Notes under the pieces: generated by a model
What the model was told of the DNA's origin: nothing
Seen by the model: the letters and a program-made list of their open reading frames with translations, nothing else
The model's database searches: none
Source of the DNA: Terriglobia bacterium
Lineage (GTDB): Bacteria; Acidobacteriota; Terriglobia; 20CM-2-55-15
Assembly (NCBI GenBank): GCA_963555775.3
Contig: CAUVWY020000009.1
Location: 940,598-980,597, forward strand
Reading direction: 5' to 3'
Length of the DNA stretch: 40,000 bases
Program-made: the position numbers and the translations under genes
In this document: piece by piece, positions 10,894-20,136 of the stretch
Numbering within the stretch: the first letter of the stretch is position 1
Layout: each line of letters begins with the position of its first letter

Positions 10894-11287
10894 TTCGCTT
10901 CTCCTTAAAGTAGTCCGTGCCATCTTCTGCCACGTAGTGGACTACCTCAACCCATTATAATTGTAGCCAGTTGACTACAAAATGTCGCGCAAGTAAGGCA
11001 TCTCTCCCTTCTCGTCGACCGCGTACCGTCACCCGTCGGCAATACGGTGGAGCGGACACGCGCTTTATTCCAGGACTGGGAGGCGCCCGATGTATCGGTC
11101 CGCCGTGAGAAGGCGGCAATCTTCAGTGCGTGCGACCCCGCGCGGCGACTGCGTTCCAGGTGGTCGCATTCGGCGGCCCGTCCGCGGGTTCGTGGGCTTC
11201 CGTGACACGACATCGACAGAGATTCCCAGCTTCCCGAAGAAAATCGGGAGTCTTCCAAGGAAAAAATATTTTCCTGCGATCGATTCA

Positions 11288-11316
11288 GTCAAATATTCTC
11301 AAATTACTGTGATAAT
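11288..11316 (+). promoter_or_regulatory. Candidate extended -10 promoter for the modification operon
   Basis: TGTGATAAT at 11308-11316 has the form TGn + GATAAT. A weak -35-like GTCAAA lies 17 nt upstream. The site is in the AT-rich junction 48 nt before the first gene. Motif only. Confidence 0.25.
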
Positions 11317-11363
11317 CCCAGAACTTTAATTTAAGATAACTGCTGAATTTGTTCCTATGATCT

Positions 11364-12332
11364 GTGCACAGTTATGAGTGGATTGGGGACATCATAGTGC
11401 CGCTATTAATCATTAACTGTACGAACCGAAAACGCGTCAAAGCCAGCGCTGATCTTGACGCCAAGACTTTAAGTCCAGGGTCTCCGTACGAGGTGGCTCA
11501 AGAATGGCGAACCCGCGTATCTCAAACGGTCGGACGACATTGTGCCAACTATTTGTATTGCGGTCGTAGCTTCTCGGAAAGCGTTGTTGCCAGTAAGCGC
11601 CTGAATGCTGATCTCTGGATCGTGTCTGCGGGGATGGGATTAATTTCGGCTGACGACATGATCCCCGCTTACAACCTTTCTGTGTCCAACAAGATGTGCT
11701 CTCCAGGTGCACATATGAGCGGTTCCTGGGACCCCACACTTTGGTGGGAAGATGCCAATAAGATATGGTCACCGACGCGATCAATCAGCAAGTTGATTTC
11801 CGATAACTCGACGAGTCTTGCAATAGTTGGTTTATCGGGCCCTTACCTCGATATGGTTCACCACGATTTGCAGCAAATAACCCCGACCGAACGTGACAGG
11901 GTCCGCTTAATCGTGCATCCCGCCAATCGAAACGCAGTACCTGCGCTCGACCGCAACATCATGCCCTACGATGAAAGGCTTGATGGGCCTGACAGTTCGT
12001 TTCGTGGCACACGGAATGACTTTGTCGCCCGTGCCGCAAATCATTTCTGCTCCCTGTTGGTCAACAACTGTGACCGTTCCGTCAACTATCACCGAGATCT
12101 TGTGGCGCGAAGCTTGAGCACGCTTCAGCACACACAACGTATTCGAAGAGAACAACGAAATGACACCGAAATTGTCCAGTTAATCATTCGCAACTGGGCC
12201 GATGCGCACGGTCGATCGGGCCGTATGCTTAGAATTCTCAGGGACAAAGAGGCCGTCTCATGCGAACAGAACCGATTCAGGCGACTGTTCCATACAGCCG
12301 CAAACGAAATCACGATTCAGGAACAACAATGA
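11364..12332 (+). CDS. Unknown protein, first gene of the 7-deazaguanine module (DUF6884-like N-terminal pattern; possible DpdC-position protein)
   Basis: It is translationally coupled (ATGA) to the next gene. The N-terminal pattern LLIINCTNRK...ANYLYCGRSF...LWIVSAGMGLISADDMIPAYNLS resembles small conserved domains of the C-x-x-x-K / LY.G..F / SA..GL / P.Y type. The start is uncertain: GTG 11364 or GTG 11395. Confidence 0.55.
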   Translation: MHSYEWIGDIIVPLLIINCTNRKRVKASADLDAKTLSPGSPYEVAQEWRTRVSQTVGRHCANYLYCGRSFSESVVASKRLNADLWIVSAGMGLISADDMIPAYNLSVSNKMCSPGAHMSGSWDPTLWWEDANKIWSPTRSISKLISDNSTSLAIVGLSGPYLDMVHHDLQQITPTERDRVRLIVHPANRNAVPALDRNIMPYDERLDGPDSSFRGTRNDFVARAANHFCSLLVNNCDRSVNYHRDLVARSLSTLQHTQRIRREQRNDTEIVQLIIRNWADAHGRSGRMLRILRDKEAVSCEQNRFRRLFHTAANEITIQEQQ

Positions 12333-12725
12333 CGCAAGAAACACTGACCATCCGCGCTCTGAAAACAAGTCAAGGTGACGGCGCAGATGTCTATTCCTTT
12401 TTTGCGCCTGGGCGTGACATTGTGCGGATCGCCGATATTTCCCGCCTGGAACGCGACGAGGATGAAGACTTAAGGGGATTTCAGCGCAAAGACATCAAGA
12501 ACCACATCAAAAACATCGTCGAATATCTCAATCAAGGGAACGTCCTTTTTCCGAATGCGATCATCTTGGCATTCACACGAGAGATTCAGTTCAAACAATC
12601 GCGCGGGCCGAACCAGAGGAATCTGACTGATGTGGCGTCCATGGGAACATTAAGCATCCCAATCCGAGAAGAGGGCGACAGGGCCGCCTGGGTGGTCGAT
12701 GGTCAGCAACGGTCGCTTGCTCTAG

Positions 12726-14579
12726 ACCCTGAATAAGCGCGATTGAGGAAGTATCGATAGTGAAAAAGTAGCGGAAGTACCCGAAATGTCCCCGTCCCGT
12801 GCGAAAAAGAATTTGCAGAATCCTGACGGAAAAGGAGGCATTTCGGATGAACGATTATACGCGCAAGAACATGAGGAATCGCAAGCGGCGAATCGAGCGT
12901 CGGCTTGGGGACCGGCATTGGAGGGAACAGTCGGCGCCGATGTTGTCGGCGAGTAACATGCACTATGAGATGGGCAAGCGGACGCGGGGGACGGCGGTGG
13001 GCGGTCTTGGGGCGATGCATCGGGTGGCGCGGCGGACGGGTCTGATCGAGGCCATCGACGCGCGGGTGGATGTGCTGAAGCGGCATCTGCCGTATCACGA
13101 GTCGGATCACGTGTTGAACATCGCCTACAACGCGTTGACGGGAGGGACGTGTCTGGAAGACATCGAGTTGCGGCGCAACGACGAAGCATACCTGGATGCG
13201 CTGGGGGCGCAGCGGATACCGGACCCGACCACGGCGGGCGACTTTTGCCGGAGATTCGAGCCCGGCGACGTGGAGAACCTGATGGAGGCGGCGAATGAAG
13301 TGCGGCTGAATGTGTGGCGGCAGCAACCGGCCGGTTTTTTCGACGAGGCGGTGTTGGACGCGGATGGGACCCTGGCGCCGACCAGCGGGGAATGCAAGGA
13401 AGGGATGGATATCGCCTACGACGGGACATGGGGCTATCACCCGTTGTTGATTTCACTGGCGAACACCTCCGAGCCGTTATACCTGGTGAACCGGAGCGGC
13501 AACCGGCCCTCGCATGAAGGCGCGGCCCCGCGGTTCGATCAGGCGATCGGGTTGTGCCAGCGCGCCGGGTTCCATCGGATCCTGCTGCGCGGGGACACCG
13601 ACTTCAGCCAGACCCGGCATCTGGATGGATGGGACGGCCAGGGCGTGGACTTCATCTTCGGTATCGACGCGAGGGCGAACCTGGTGGCGCGGGCCGATGC
13701 GCTGGAGCCGGACTGCTGGGCAGTTCTGGAGCGTGAGGCCAGATACGAGGTGGCCACCCAGCCCCGCCAGCGTCCCGACAAGGTCAAGGAACGGATCGTT
13801 CGGGAACGCGGTTTCAAGAACGTTCGCTTGCGGGGCGAAGACGTGGCCGAGTTCGCCTACCGGCCCGGCGCCTGTAAGCGGGACTACCGCGTCGTGGTGG
13901 TGCGGAAGAATCTGTCGGAGGCCAAAGGGGAGTGGGTGTTGTTCGACAAGATCCGGTACTTCTTCTACATCACGAACCGTGCCGGTCCCGCCGACCGGAT
14001 CGTGAAGCGCGCGAATCAACGGTGCAATCAGGAGAATCTCATCGAGCAACTCAAGAACGGCGTCCGGGCCTTGAAAATGCCGGTGGGCGACCGGACCGGC
14101 AACTGGGCCTACATGGTGATGGCGTCGCTGGCCTGGACCCTGAAGGCGTGGTTTGCGTTGCTGCTTCCCGAAACCGGACGCTGGGCCCCGAAGTATCGGG
14201 CCGAGAAGCAGACCGTTCTACGCATGGAGTTCAAGACGTTCCTGAACGCCTTCATCCTCCTGCCGTGCCAACTCGTGCGTACCGGCCGGCGCATCGTCTT
14301 CCGGCTCATGGCCTGGAACCCGTGGCTGTCCGTCTTGTTCCGTGCCGTGGATGTGTTGCGTCGTCCCCTGCGATGCTGACCCGATCATGGATCTGAGCCC
14401 GGGCGGTCGAGGTCCCGGTTGCTGTCAACCCTTCAAACAGACACGGCGAGGCCCCCACTGGAACAGACGCAACTCGAACCGGAGGCCGGGACAAAACGAT
14501 CCCGGAACGGAAGGTTATGCCTCCAACTTTATGGCTGGGAACCGGCCGTTCGCCATCTGGTTATGCGCTTGTTTTGGGT
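12726..14579 (+). mobile_element. IS1380-family insertion sequence (about 1854 bp)
   Basis: It is flanked by a CTAG direct repeat (12722-12725 and 14580-14583). Imperfect terminal inverted repeats are ACCCTGAATAAGCGC... and ...GCGCTTGTTTTGGGT. It encodes a single transposase. Confidence 0.85.
12847..14379 (+). CDS. IS1380 family transposase
   Basis: ATG 12847 follows AAGGAGG (12832-12838). The sequence ...HLPYHESDHVLNIAYNALTGGTCLEDIELRRNDEAYLDALGAQRIPDPTTAGDFCRRF... matches IS1380-type transposases as I recall them. Confidence 0.9.
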   Translation: MNDYTRKNMRNRKRRIERRLGDRHWREQSAPMLSASNMHYEMGKRTRGTAVGGLGAMHRVARRTGLIEAIDARVDVLKRHLPYHESDHVLNIAYNALTGGTCLEDIELRRNDEAYLDALGAQRIPDPTTAGDFCRRFEPGDVENLMEAANEVRLNVWRQQPAGFFDEAVLDADGTLAPTSGECKEGMDIAYDGTWGYHPLLISLANTSEPLYLVNRSGNRPSHEGAAPRFDQAIGLCQRAGFHRILLRGDTDFSQTRHLDGWDGQGVDFIFGIDARANLVARADALEPDCWAVLEREARYEVATQPRQRPDKVKERIVRERGFKNVRLRGEDVAEFAYRPGACKRDYRVVVVRKNLSEAKGEWVLFDKIRYFFYITNRAGPADRIVKRANQRCNQENLIEQLKNGVRALKMPVGDRTGNWAYMVMASLAWTLKAWFALLLPETGRWAPKYRAEKQTVLRMEFKTFLNAFILLPCQLVRTGRRIVFRLMAWNPWLSVLFRAVDVLRRPLRC

Positions 14580-15310
14580 CTAGAGCAATCAGATAATTCC
14601 GGCATCCCGGTTCCTGTAGTCGGTTTCATTTGTGAGGATCTGCAAACACAGCGCGAGCAGTTCATCCTGGTAAACAAAGCGAGACCCTTGCCTCGCCGCC
14701 TTATCAACGAACTTCTTCCCGAAACCGGTGTCCTCCTTCCGCGCGATTTAGCTGTCAGAAAGATACCAAGCAAACTATGCCACCTTTTGAACCGCGACCC
14801 GCAGTCGCCGTTTTATCGATTGATTAAGCGAATGTCTGACGCAAACTAATCCGCTGCCGTTATCGTCGATTCTGCGATCATAGACATGATCAAACACAGC
14901 ATTAACAATCCACTCGGAGCGCTGTCCCCTTACAAAGGGACACGGAACGGCAACGCTGAAATCGATTCGATGTACCGCGTTACATGCGGTTTCTGGTCGG
15001 CAATGAGGGACGTTTTTGCGGACGCGTGGGGTAAAGACCCGCGCGAAAGCCGGTTGATGCACTCGGCTGGGATTCAAGCCGCAGGCGTACTGATGGACCG
15101 TATCACTGCGCGACTAGGATCTTATGACGAGAGCACGTCTAAGAAATTCAAGCGCGATTTAGAGTGCATGGCACCGTATTGCCATTGGACTAGTGGTACT
15201 TGGGAGGGCCTTGGTCTCGAATGGAACGAGATTCAGAGTATCCCGCGACACATTCGCGGATTGGCCGACGAACTGGTACGGATCTATAACCAGACTACTC
15301 GCTCTTGACT

Positions 15311-16585
15311 ATGGAGTTTATCTACGCAGACAGCCTGGACTACGTCGATCCCAATTTTGATTTTGAAACGGATTCAAGTAGCCCTGGACGCGAGCGCTAC
15401 TGGGACGACAAATTCGCTCATGAAATCCTGGAGTGTGCGCCGTATGACGGGATTTTAGTCTCGCGTGGGGTAGTTGGAGATCACCGATTCCCAGGAAAGT
15501 ATTCTGAGGCACAGGCACATAGGTTCAGACGTGTCGGTGCACGCGCATTTCTTCGCTTCAATGGCGAGAAAAACCGCGATAAGAAGATCTTCGGTGATTG
15601 CGGTGCGTTTTCGTACCACAAAATGGACAGCCCGCCGTATTCGCCAGAAGAGATCATCGAATTTTACGAAGATGGGAAGTTCACGCATGGTTGCTCGATA
15701 GACCACATTATCTTCGAGTTCAATCGCGACAACTCGGCTACTCCGTCAGAGAACGCCCGGAAGCGGTCGAGGATAACAATCGACTTTGCCGAAAGGTTTA
15801 TCGACGTGTGGCGGCAAAGGGGTTCTCGATTCGTGCCTATCGGTATCGTTCAGGGTTGGTCGCCCAAGAGCATGGGCGATGCTGCGGAATCCTTGGTGAA
15901 ACTTGGTTATGACTATCTCGCACTCGGAGGTATGGTCCCACTGAATGCCCGATCCATCCATCTTTGTCTTGCAGAAGTGCGTGCCAGAATTCCGAGCAAG
16001 GTCCGAATCCATCTTCTCGGTTTTGCCAAAGCGGAACAAATCACCGAATTCACAAACTACGGGATCACCAGTTTTGACTCGACCTCACCCTTACTCCGAG
16101 CCTTCAAAGATTCCAACCGCAATTACTATGTCAATAGTGGCGCTGGCGGCCTGGAATATTTTTACGCAATCCGCGTTCCACAGGCTCTTGAGAATGTTGG
16201 GGTTAAGCGCCTAGTAAGAGAAGGACTCGTCAAGCAAGATGAACTCGTTCGATTGGAGGCGTCCGCTCTTCGGACACTGCGCAGCTTCGACCGCGGTGAA
16301 AGCGATCTAGACGATGCGATCAATGCCTTGTTCCATTATCAGAGGAAACTTTCGACCGCGAAGGATGACAGCGCGAAAGTCGAACGAAGTATTGCGCAAT
16401 TGATGGAGCGCTATCGGAAATCTCTAGCAGCAGCACCATGGAAAAATTGCCCATGCCGGATCTGCAGGACTTCTGGAATTGAAGTGATCATCTTCAGAGC
16501 AAGCAACCGGAACAAGCGCCGCGGGATCCATAATCTGCAGTCGTTCTATAAGTTAGTGACCGAATTGGAGCGACCAGAAAAATGA
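15311..16585 (+). CDS. dpdA: DpdA-like DNA-guanine transglycosylase (tRNA-guanine transglycosylase superfamily)
   Basis: TGT-like elements are present: FGDCGAFSY, LALGGMVP, GITSFDSTSP (equivalent to the catalytic GxDxFD region) and a C-terminal zinc site CPCRIC...H. The context includes queC/D/E and DGQHR genes. An alternative TTG start at 15305 overlaps the upstream stop. Confidence 0.8.
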   Translation: MEFIYADSLDYVDPNFDFETDSSSPGRERYWDDKFAHEILECAPYDGILVSRGVVGDHRFPGKYSEAQAHRFRRVGARAFLRFNGEKNRDKKIFGDCGAFSYHKMDSPPYSPEEIIEFYEDGKFTHGCSIDHIIFEFNRDNSATPSENARKRSRITIDFAERFIDVWRQRGSRFVPIGIVQGWSPKSMGDAAESLVKLGYDYLALGGMVPLNARSIHLCLAEVRARIPSKVRIHLLGFAKAEQITEFTNYGITSFDSTSPLLRAFKDSNRNYYVNSGAGGLEYFYAIRVPQALENVGVKRLVREGLVKQDELVRLEASALRTLRSFDRGESDLDDAINALFHYQRKLSTAKDDSAKVERSIAQLMERYRKSLAAAPWKNCPCRICRTSGIEVIIFRASNRNKRRGIHNLQSFYKLVTELERPEK

Positions 16586-17670
16586 CCAAGATATTGCAAT
16601 TTATTGGGGTTATTGCGAACCAATCGAAACAGCACACCGTTGTTTCGTTTCCCGCGCTGGCAAACGAACTGCACAAAATTGCGGACATTCACCGGGCCGG
16701 TCGAAGAGTTAGTGGTGTGCTGGAGGGCTTCCAACGCCCACGGATTGCCAATCACATAAAGGAGATCCGGACTTATCTACTGCAACCGGACGCGATCCTT
16801 CCAAACTCGATTGTCATCGCATTTTCCGACGGGGTCACGGTAGAAAAGGTGGCGCGTCGTATCGCGATTGTCTCGGTTGACTGTGAAAAGGGTCCGCCTG
16901 GCCTCATCGTTGATGGCCAGCAGCGCCTACACGCACTGACGAGTTCGGGCCGTGATGATTTTGAAATTTTTGTGTCAGCATTTATTGCCAATAGTGAAGA
17001 CGAGTTGCGCGCGCAATTCATTCTGATAAACAACACCAGACCGCTGCCGAAATCGCTTATTTACGAGTTATTACCGACGGTGTCTGGCCTGCCTTCCTCG
17101 ATGAAAAGTCGGTCGTTTGCGTCCAAACTAGCCGGTCGATTGAATTTTGAAACAGAGTCGTCGCTCTTTGGGCAAATCTGCATGCATACCAGCCCTGAGG
17201 GGATCATTAAGGACACGTCGATACACAGGGTCATCATGAATTCCGCTAGTGATGGGGCGCTTAGAGAACTCAAACATAGTGAGGATTTCGAAGACCGAGC
17301 ATTCAACCTGATCAGCAATTTCTATCAGGCGGTGCAAAACAGCTTCCCACAAGCGTGGAGAAATCAAACTCCAAGAACCTCACGACTTGTCCACGGTGCT
17401 GGCATCATAGCGATGGGTTACGTTATGGAATACCTCTACGCCCGAGATTCCGCCTGTGAAATAGACGAATTCGAACGCGGCATATCACCCCTGATTGATT
17501 GCACTGCATGGACGGCCGGGAACTGGAACTTTCCAGACGGGGAGTGCCGACCGTGGAACGGTATTCAAAATGTCGGACGGGAGATCCTTAAGCTGACCGA
17601 TTATCTCCTGCGCGTTCTCAGAAACGCACCGGCATCAACGGCCGTTGTGCCCATGCGGGTCTTCAAGTGA
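16582..17670 (+). CDS. DGQHR-domain (DndB/DpdB-like) protein, paralog 2, apparently intact
   Basis: ATGA overlap with dpdA. Motifs: [39 protein letters not shown] and [20 protein letters not shown]. Confidence 0.85.
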   Translation: MTKILQFIGVIANQSKQHTVVSFPALANELHKIADIHRAGRRVSGVLEGFQRPRIANHIKEIRTYLLQPDAILPNSIVIAFSDGVTVEKVARRIAIVSVDCEKGPPGLIVDGQQRLHALTSSGRDDFEIFVSAFIANSEDELRAQFILINNTRPLPKSLIYELLPTVSGLPSSMKSRSFASKLAGRLNFETESSLFGQICMHTSPEGIIKDTSIHRVIMNSASDGALRELKHSEDFEDRAFNLISNFYQAVQNSFPQAWRNQTPRTSRLVHGAGIIAMGYVMEYLYARDSACEIDEFERGISPLIDCTAWTAGNWNFPDGECRPWNGIQNVGREILKLTDYLLRVLRNAPASTAVVPMRVFK

Positions 17671-18380
17671 GTCTTCCATCATCGAATAAGGCCCTGGTGC
17701 TTTTTTCCGGAGGTCAGGATTCCACCACGTGCCTGGCGTGGGCGTTAACCCGGTTCGACGATGTCTACACCATTGGGTTCAATTATGGTCAGCGGCACGC
17801 GGTCGAACTTGAGTGTCGCACCAGGATACTGGAGCAAATTCCGGCCGTTTCCGACTGGGTGGGTTCGATCAAGGGGGACCACTTGGCACGCCTTGATTTC
17901 CTCCCGGCACTCGGAGATTCCGCCTTAACATCGAAACGAAAGATAGAGATAGCGGCATCCGGTTTGCCGGCGACGTTCGTACCCGGGCGCAATATATTCT
18001 TCCTGACTGCCGCCGCTGCGCTTGCCTACCGGTTGGAGATTCGACACATTGTTGGGGGAATGTGCGAAACCGATTTTTCTGGTTATCCAGACTGTCGGGA
18101 TGACGCAATTAAGAGTCTTCAAGTAGCACTTAACATCGGGATGGAAAGCAGGTTCGTGCTTGAGACGCCCTTGATGTGGATAGACAAAGCCGAAACTTGG
18201 GAACTTGCCCACCAGATTGGTGGCGAACCACTGATCGACATCATTCGAAGAGATACGCACACGTGTTACTTAGGCGATCGGACAATAGAACATGAGTGGG
18301 GATTCGGATGCGCAACCTGTCCGGCATGCGACCTACGCCGCAATGGTTATTTAGCTTTTCGCAAAAGAACCTTAACCTGA
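17667..18380 (+). CDS. queC: 7-cyano-7-deazaguanine (preQ0) synthase QueC
   Basis: GTGA overlap with the upstream gene. It has the PP-loop [12 protein letters not shown] and the C-terminal zinc cluster CYLG...[11 protein letters not shown]. Confidence 0.9.
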   Translation: MSLPSSNKALVLFSGGQDSTTCLAWALTRFDDVYTIGFNYGQRHAVELECRTRILEQIPAVSDWVGSIKGDHLARLDFLPALGDSALTSKRKIEIAASGLPATFVPGRNIFFLTAAAALAYRLEIRHIVGGMCETDFSGYPDCRDDAIKSLQVALNIGMESRFVLETPLMWIDKAETWELAHQIGGEPLIDIIRRDTHTCYLGDRTIEHEWGFGCATCPACDLRRNGYLAFRKRTLT

Positions 18381-18393
18381 GAGGTGATGAGCG

Positions 18394-19482
18394 TTGGATG
18401 CATCGTATTACCAAATAGCCTGCAGCCGATTCGAGGGCGCGCGCGCCGTGCGGATACTGCCCCAAACTCATCCATCTTACCGTTTGCACGGCCACAGCTT
18501 CGTCGCCAAGACCAGAAAGAAGTTGAAGGACAGCGACATCGCGGGGGGGAGCGCAATTCTGGACGAAGAGCAGTTGTTCTTGGAAAAACTCACAAGCCAG
18601 CTTAATTACCGCTACATCAATGAAATCATAGATATACCAACTGATGAGAACATCGCAAGATGGCTTTTTAAAGGAATAGATTCGGACAGGCTCGATCTCG
18701 CTGGCATTCAAAGCACCCCGAGCCAAGGAGTCGATCTCGATTCATCCGGGAACGCTCATCTTTGGCGAAAGTTCCGCTTCGAAGCCGCTCACCAGTTACC
18801 CAACGTTCGGCCAGAGCACAAGTGTGGCCGTATGCATGGTCATGGATTCGAAGTCATTATCCACGCTATCCAAGATATTTCGAGCCAGCAGATGGGCATG
18901 GACTACGACCTGATAGCAACCCACTGGGAATCTGTAAGAAAGCAGATCTCAAACAAATGCTTGAACGATATCCCTGGCCTCGAAAATCCTACCAGTGAGA
19001 CCATCGCACGTTGGATATGGGGGCAACTAAAGGACGAACTGCCAGATTTGTCGTGGGTCACCGTTTTCGAGACAGCCATGGCCGGATGTCATTTTGACGG
19101 TTCGAGCTACAACGTCTGGAAAGAATTTCACTTCGAATCCGCAGTTTCCCAGATGACACACGGAAACAGGTCCCTTTCCTTATTTGGGCATAGTTATAAG
19201 ATGCGCTTGCATTGTTCTGGTCCTTTCGATGAACACCTTGGATGGGCCATTGACTATGGAGATATCAAGGACGCGTTCGGCCCGGTGTACACGATATTAG
19301 ATCACCACAATCTGGATGAGATTGCAGGCTTGAATGCAGGATCTCCATTGGAGTTCCTGCAGTGGATTTGGACGAAGACATCATCGGAACTACCGATTCT
19401 GGTGCGGATCGATCTCTTCGAGACACCCGAGCGTGGTGTTGTCTGCACAGGGGGTTTGGATTCCCCGGCACTGCCAACGTAG
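18394..19482 (+). CDS. queD: Tri-modular 6-carboxytetrahydropterin synthase (QueD/PTPS) homolog
   Basis: TTG start lies 9 nt after GAGG. The product has three modules of about 115-120 aa. Module 2 (aa ~122-236) has the full RFEAAHQLP...HKCGRMHGHGF signature. Module 1 has THPSYRLHGHSF and module 3 has HFESA...LSLFGHSY; both lack the Cys. Each module ends with the ...IARWIW...V.V.ET-type strand pattern. Confidence 0.8.
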   Translation: MDASYYQIACSRFEGARAVRILPQTHPSYRLHGHSFVAKTRKKLKDSDIAGGSAILDEEQLFLEKLTSQLNYRYINEIIDIPTDENIARWLFKGIDSDRLDLAGIQSTPSQGVDLDSSGNAHLWRKFRFEAAHQLPNVRPEHKCGRMHGHGFEVIIHAIQDISSQQMGMDYDLIATHWESVRKQISNKCLNDIPGLENPTSETIARWIWGQLKDELPDLSWVTVFETAMAGCHFDGSSYNVWKEFHFESAVSQMTHGNRSLSLFGHSYKMRLHCSGPFDEHLGWAIDYGDIKDAFGPVYTILDHHNLDEIAGLNAGSPLEFLQWIWTKTSSELPILVRIDLFETPERGVVCTGGLDSPALPT

Positions 19483-19494
19483 CTGTGGCTCCAC

Positions 19495-20136
19495 ATGACA
19501 TATTCGGTAAAGGAAATATTCCCGACGTTACAGGGTGAAGGTGCGCAGTCAGGACGGGCAGCCGTGTTTTTAAGGTTTAGCGGTTGCAATCTATGGAGTG
19601 GTTTGGAGCGTGATCGTTCGACCGCAATCTGCAGGTTCTGTGATACGGATTTTGTGGGTGCTGATGGCCCCGGGGGCGGCAATTTTCCAACTGCAGAGTC
19701 CCTCGCGGTCCGGATCGAAAACTGCTGGGTAAGCCAGGCTGGGAAAGAAGGACCCCGATTTGTCGTATTTACAGGCGGAGAACCTGCCCTGCAGGTTGAT
19801 GACGGCTTGATTGCAAACCTTCATGCGCTTGAATTCGAAATTGCAATAGAGACGAATGGCACTTTATCCATACCAGATGCCGTTGATTGGGTGTGTGTCA
19901 GTCCAAAAGCCGGTGCGCAGTTGAAGATTGAGACGGGCAATGAACTAAAAGTTGTGTTCCCACAAAGAGGGATGAATATGGAGGCCCTGTCGGCTCTCGA
20001 TTTCCAACACTATTATGTTCAGCCAATGGATGGTCCCAGGATCGAACAAAACACCAAAGCGGCCATCGCTTATTGTCGTAAGCACCCGCAATGGCGCCTT
20101 TCAGTTCAGTCGCACAAATATCTAGGTATTCCCTGA
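19495..20136 (+). CDS. queE: 7-carboxy-7-deazaguanine synthase QueE (radical SAM)
   Basis: EIFPTLQGEGAQSGRAAVFLRFSGCNLWSGLERDRSTAICRFCDTDF gives a CX14CX2C cluster-binding motif. The length of 213 aa fits the short QueE type. Confidence 0.9.
   Translation: MTYSVKEIFPTLQGEGAQSGRAAVFLRFSGCNLWSGLERDRSTAICRFCDTDFVGADGPGGGNFPTAESLAVRIENCWVSQAGKEGPRFVVFTGGEPALQVDDGLIANLHALEFEIAIETNGTLSIPDAVDWVCVSPKAGAQLKIETGNELKVVFPQRGMNMEALSALDFQHYYVQPMDGPRIEQNTKAAIAYCRKHPQWRLSVQSHKYLGIP

Larger units (their letters stand above)
12329..15308 (+). pseudogene. DGQHR-domain (DndB/DpdB-like) protein, paralog 1, inactivated by an IS1380 insertion and an in-frame TAA
   Basis: The N-part 12329-12725 ends ...WVVDGQQRSLAL. 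The C-part resumes at 14580 as LEQSDNSGIPVPVVGF...FILVNKARPLPRRLINELLPE. Both parts align motif-for-motif with paralog 2 (16582-17670). Removing 12726-14583 restores the frame, giving about 373 aa. An in-frame TAA at 14847-14849 separates listed ORFs 14517-14849 and 14886-15308, which share one frame. Confidence 0.85.

Noticed and set aside
10947-11292. ORFs 10947-11258 and 11065-11292 as an intact toxin partner of the HigA-like gene
   Set aside because: Neither frame alone gives a RelE/ParE-like sequence. The resemblance is faint and needs a frameshift. It is reported only as a possible relic.
12329-17670. Interpreting the DGQHR proteins as DndB of a phosphorothioation (dnd) system
   Set aside because: No dndA/C/D/E-like genes (cysteine desulfurase, PAPS reductase-like, SMC-like ATPase) are present. 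The neighbours are a TGT-superfamily enzyme and preQ0 biosynthesis genes instead.
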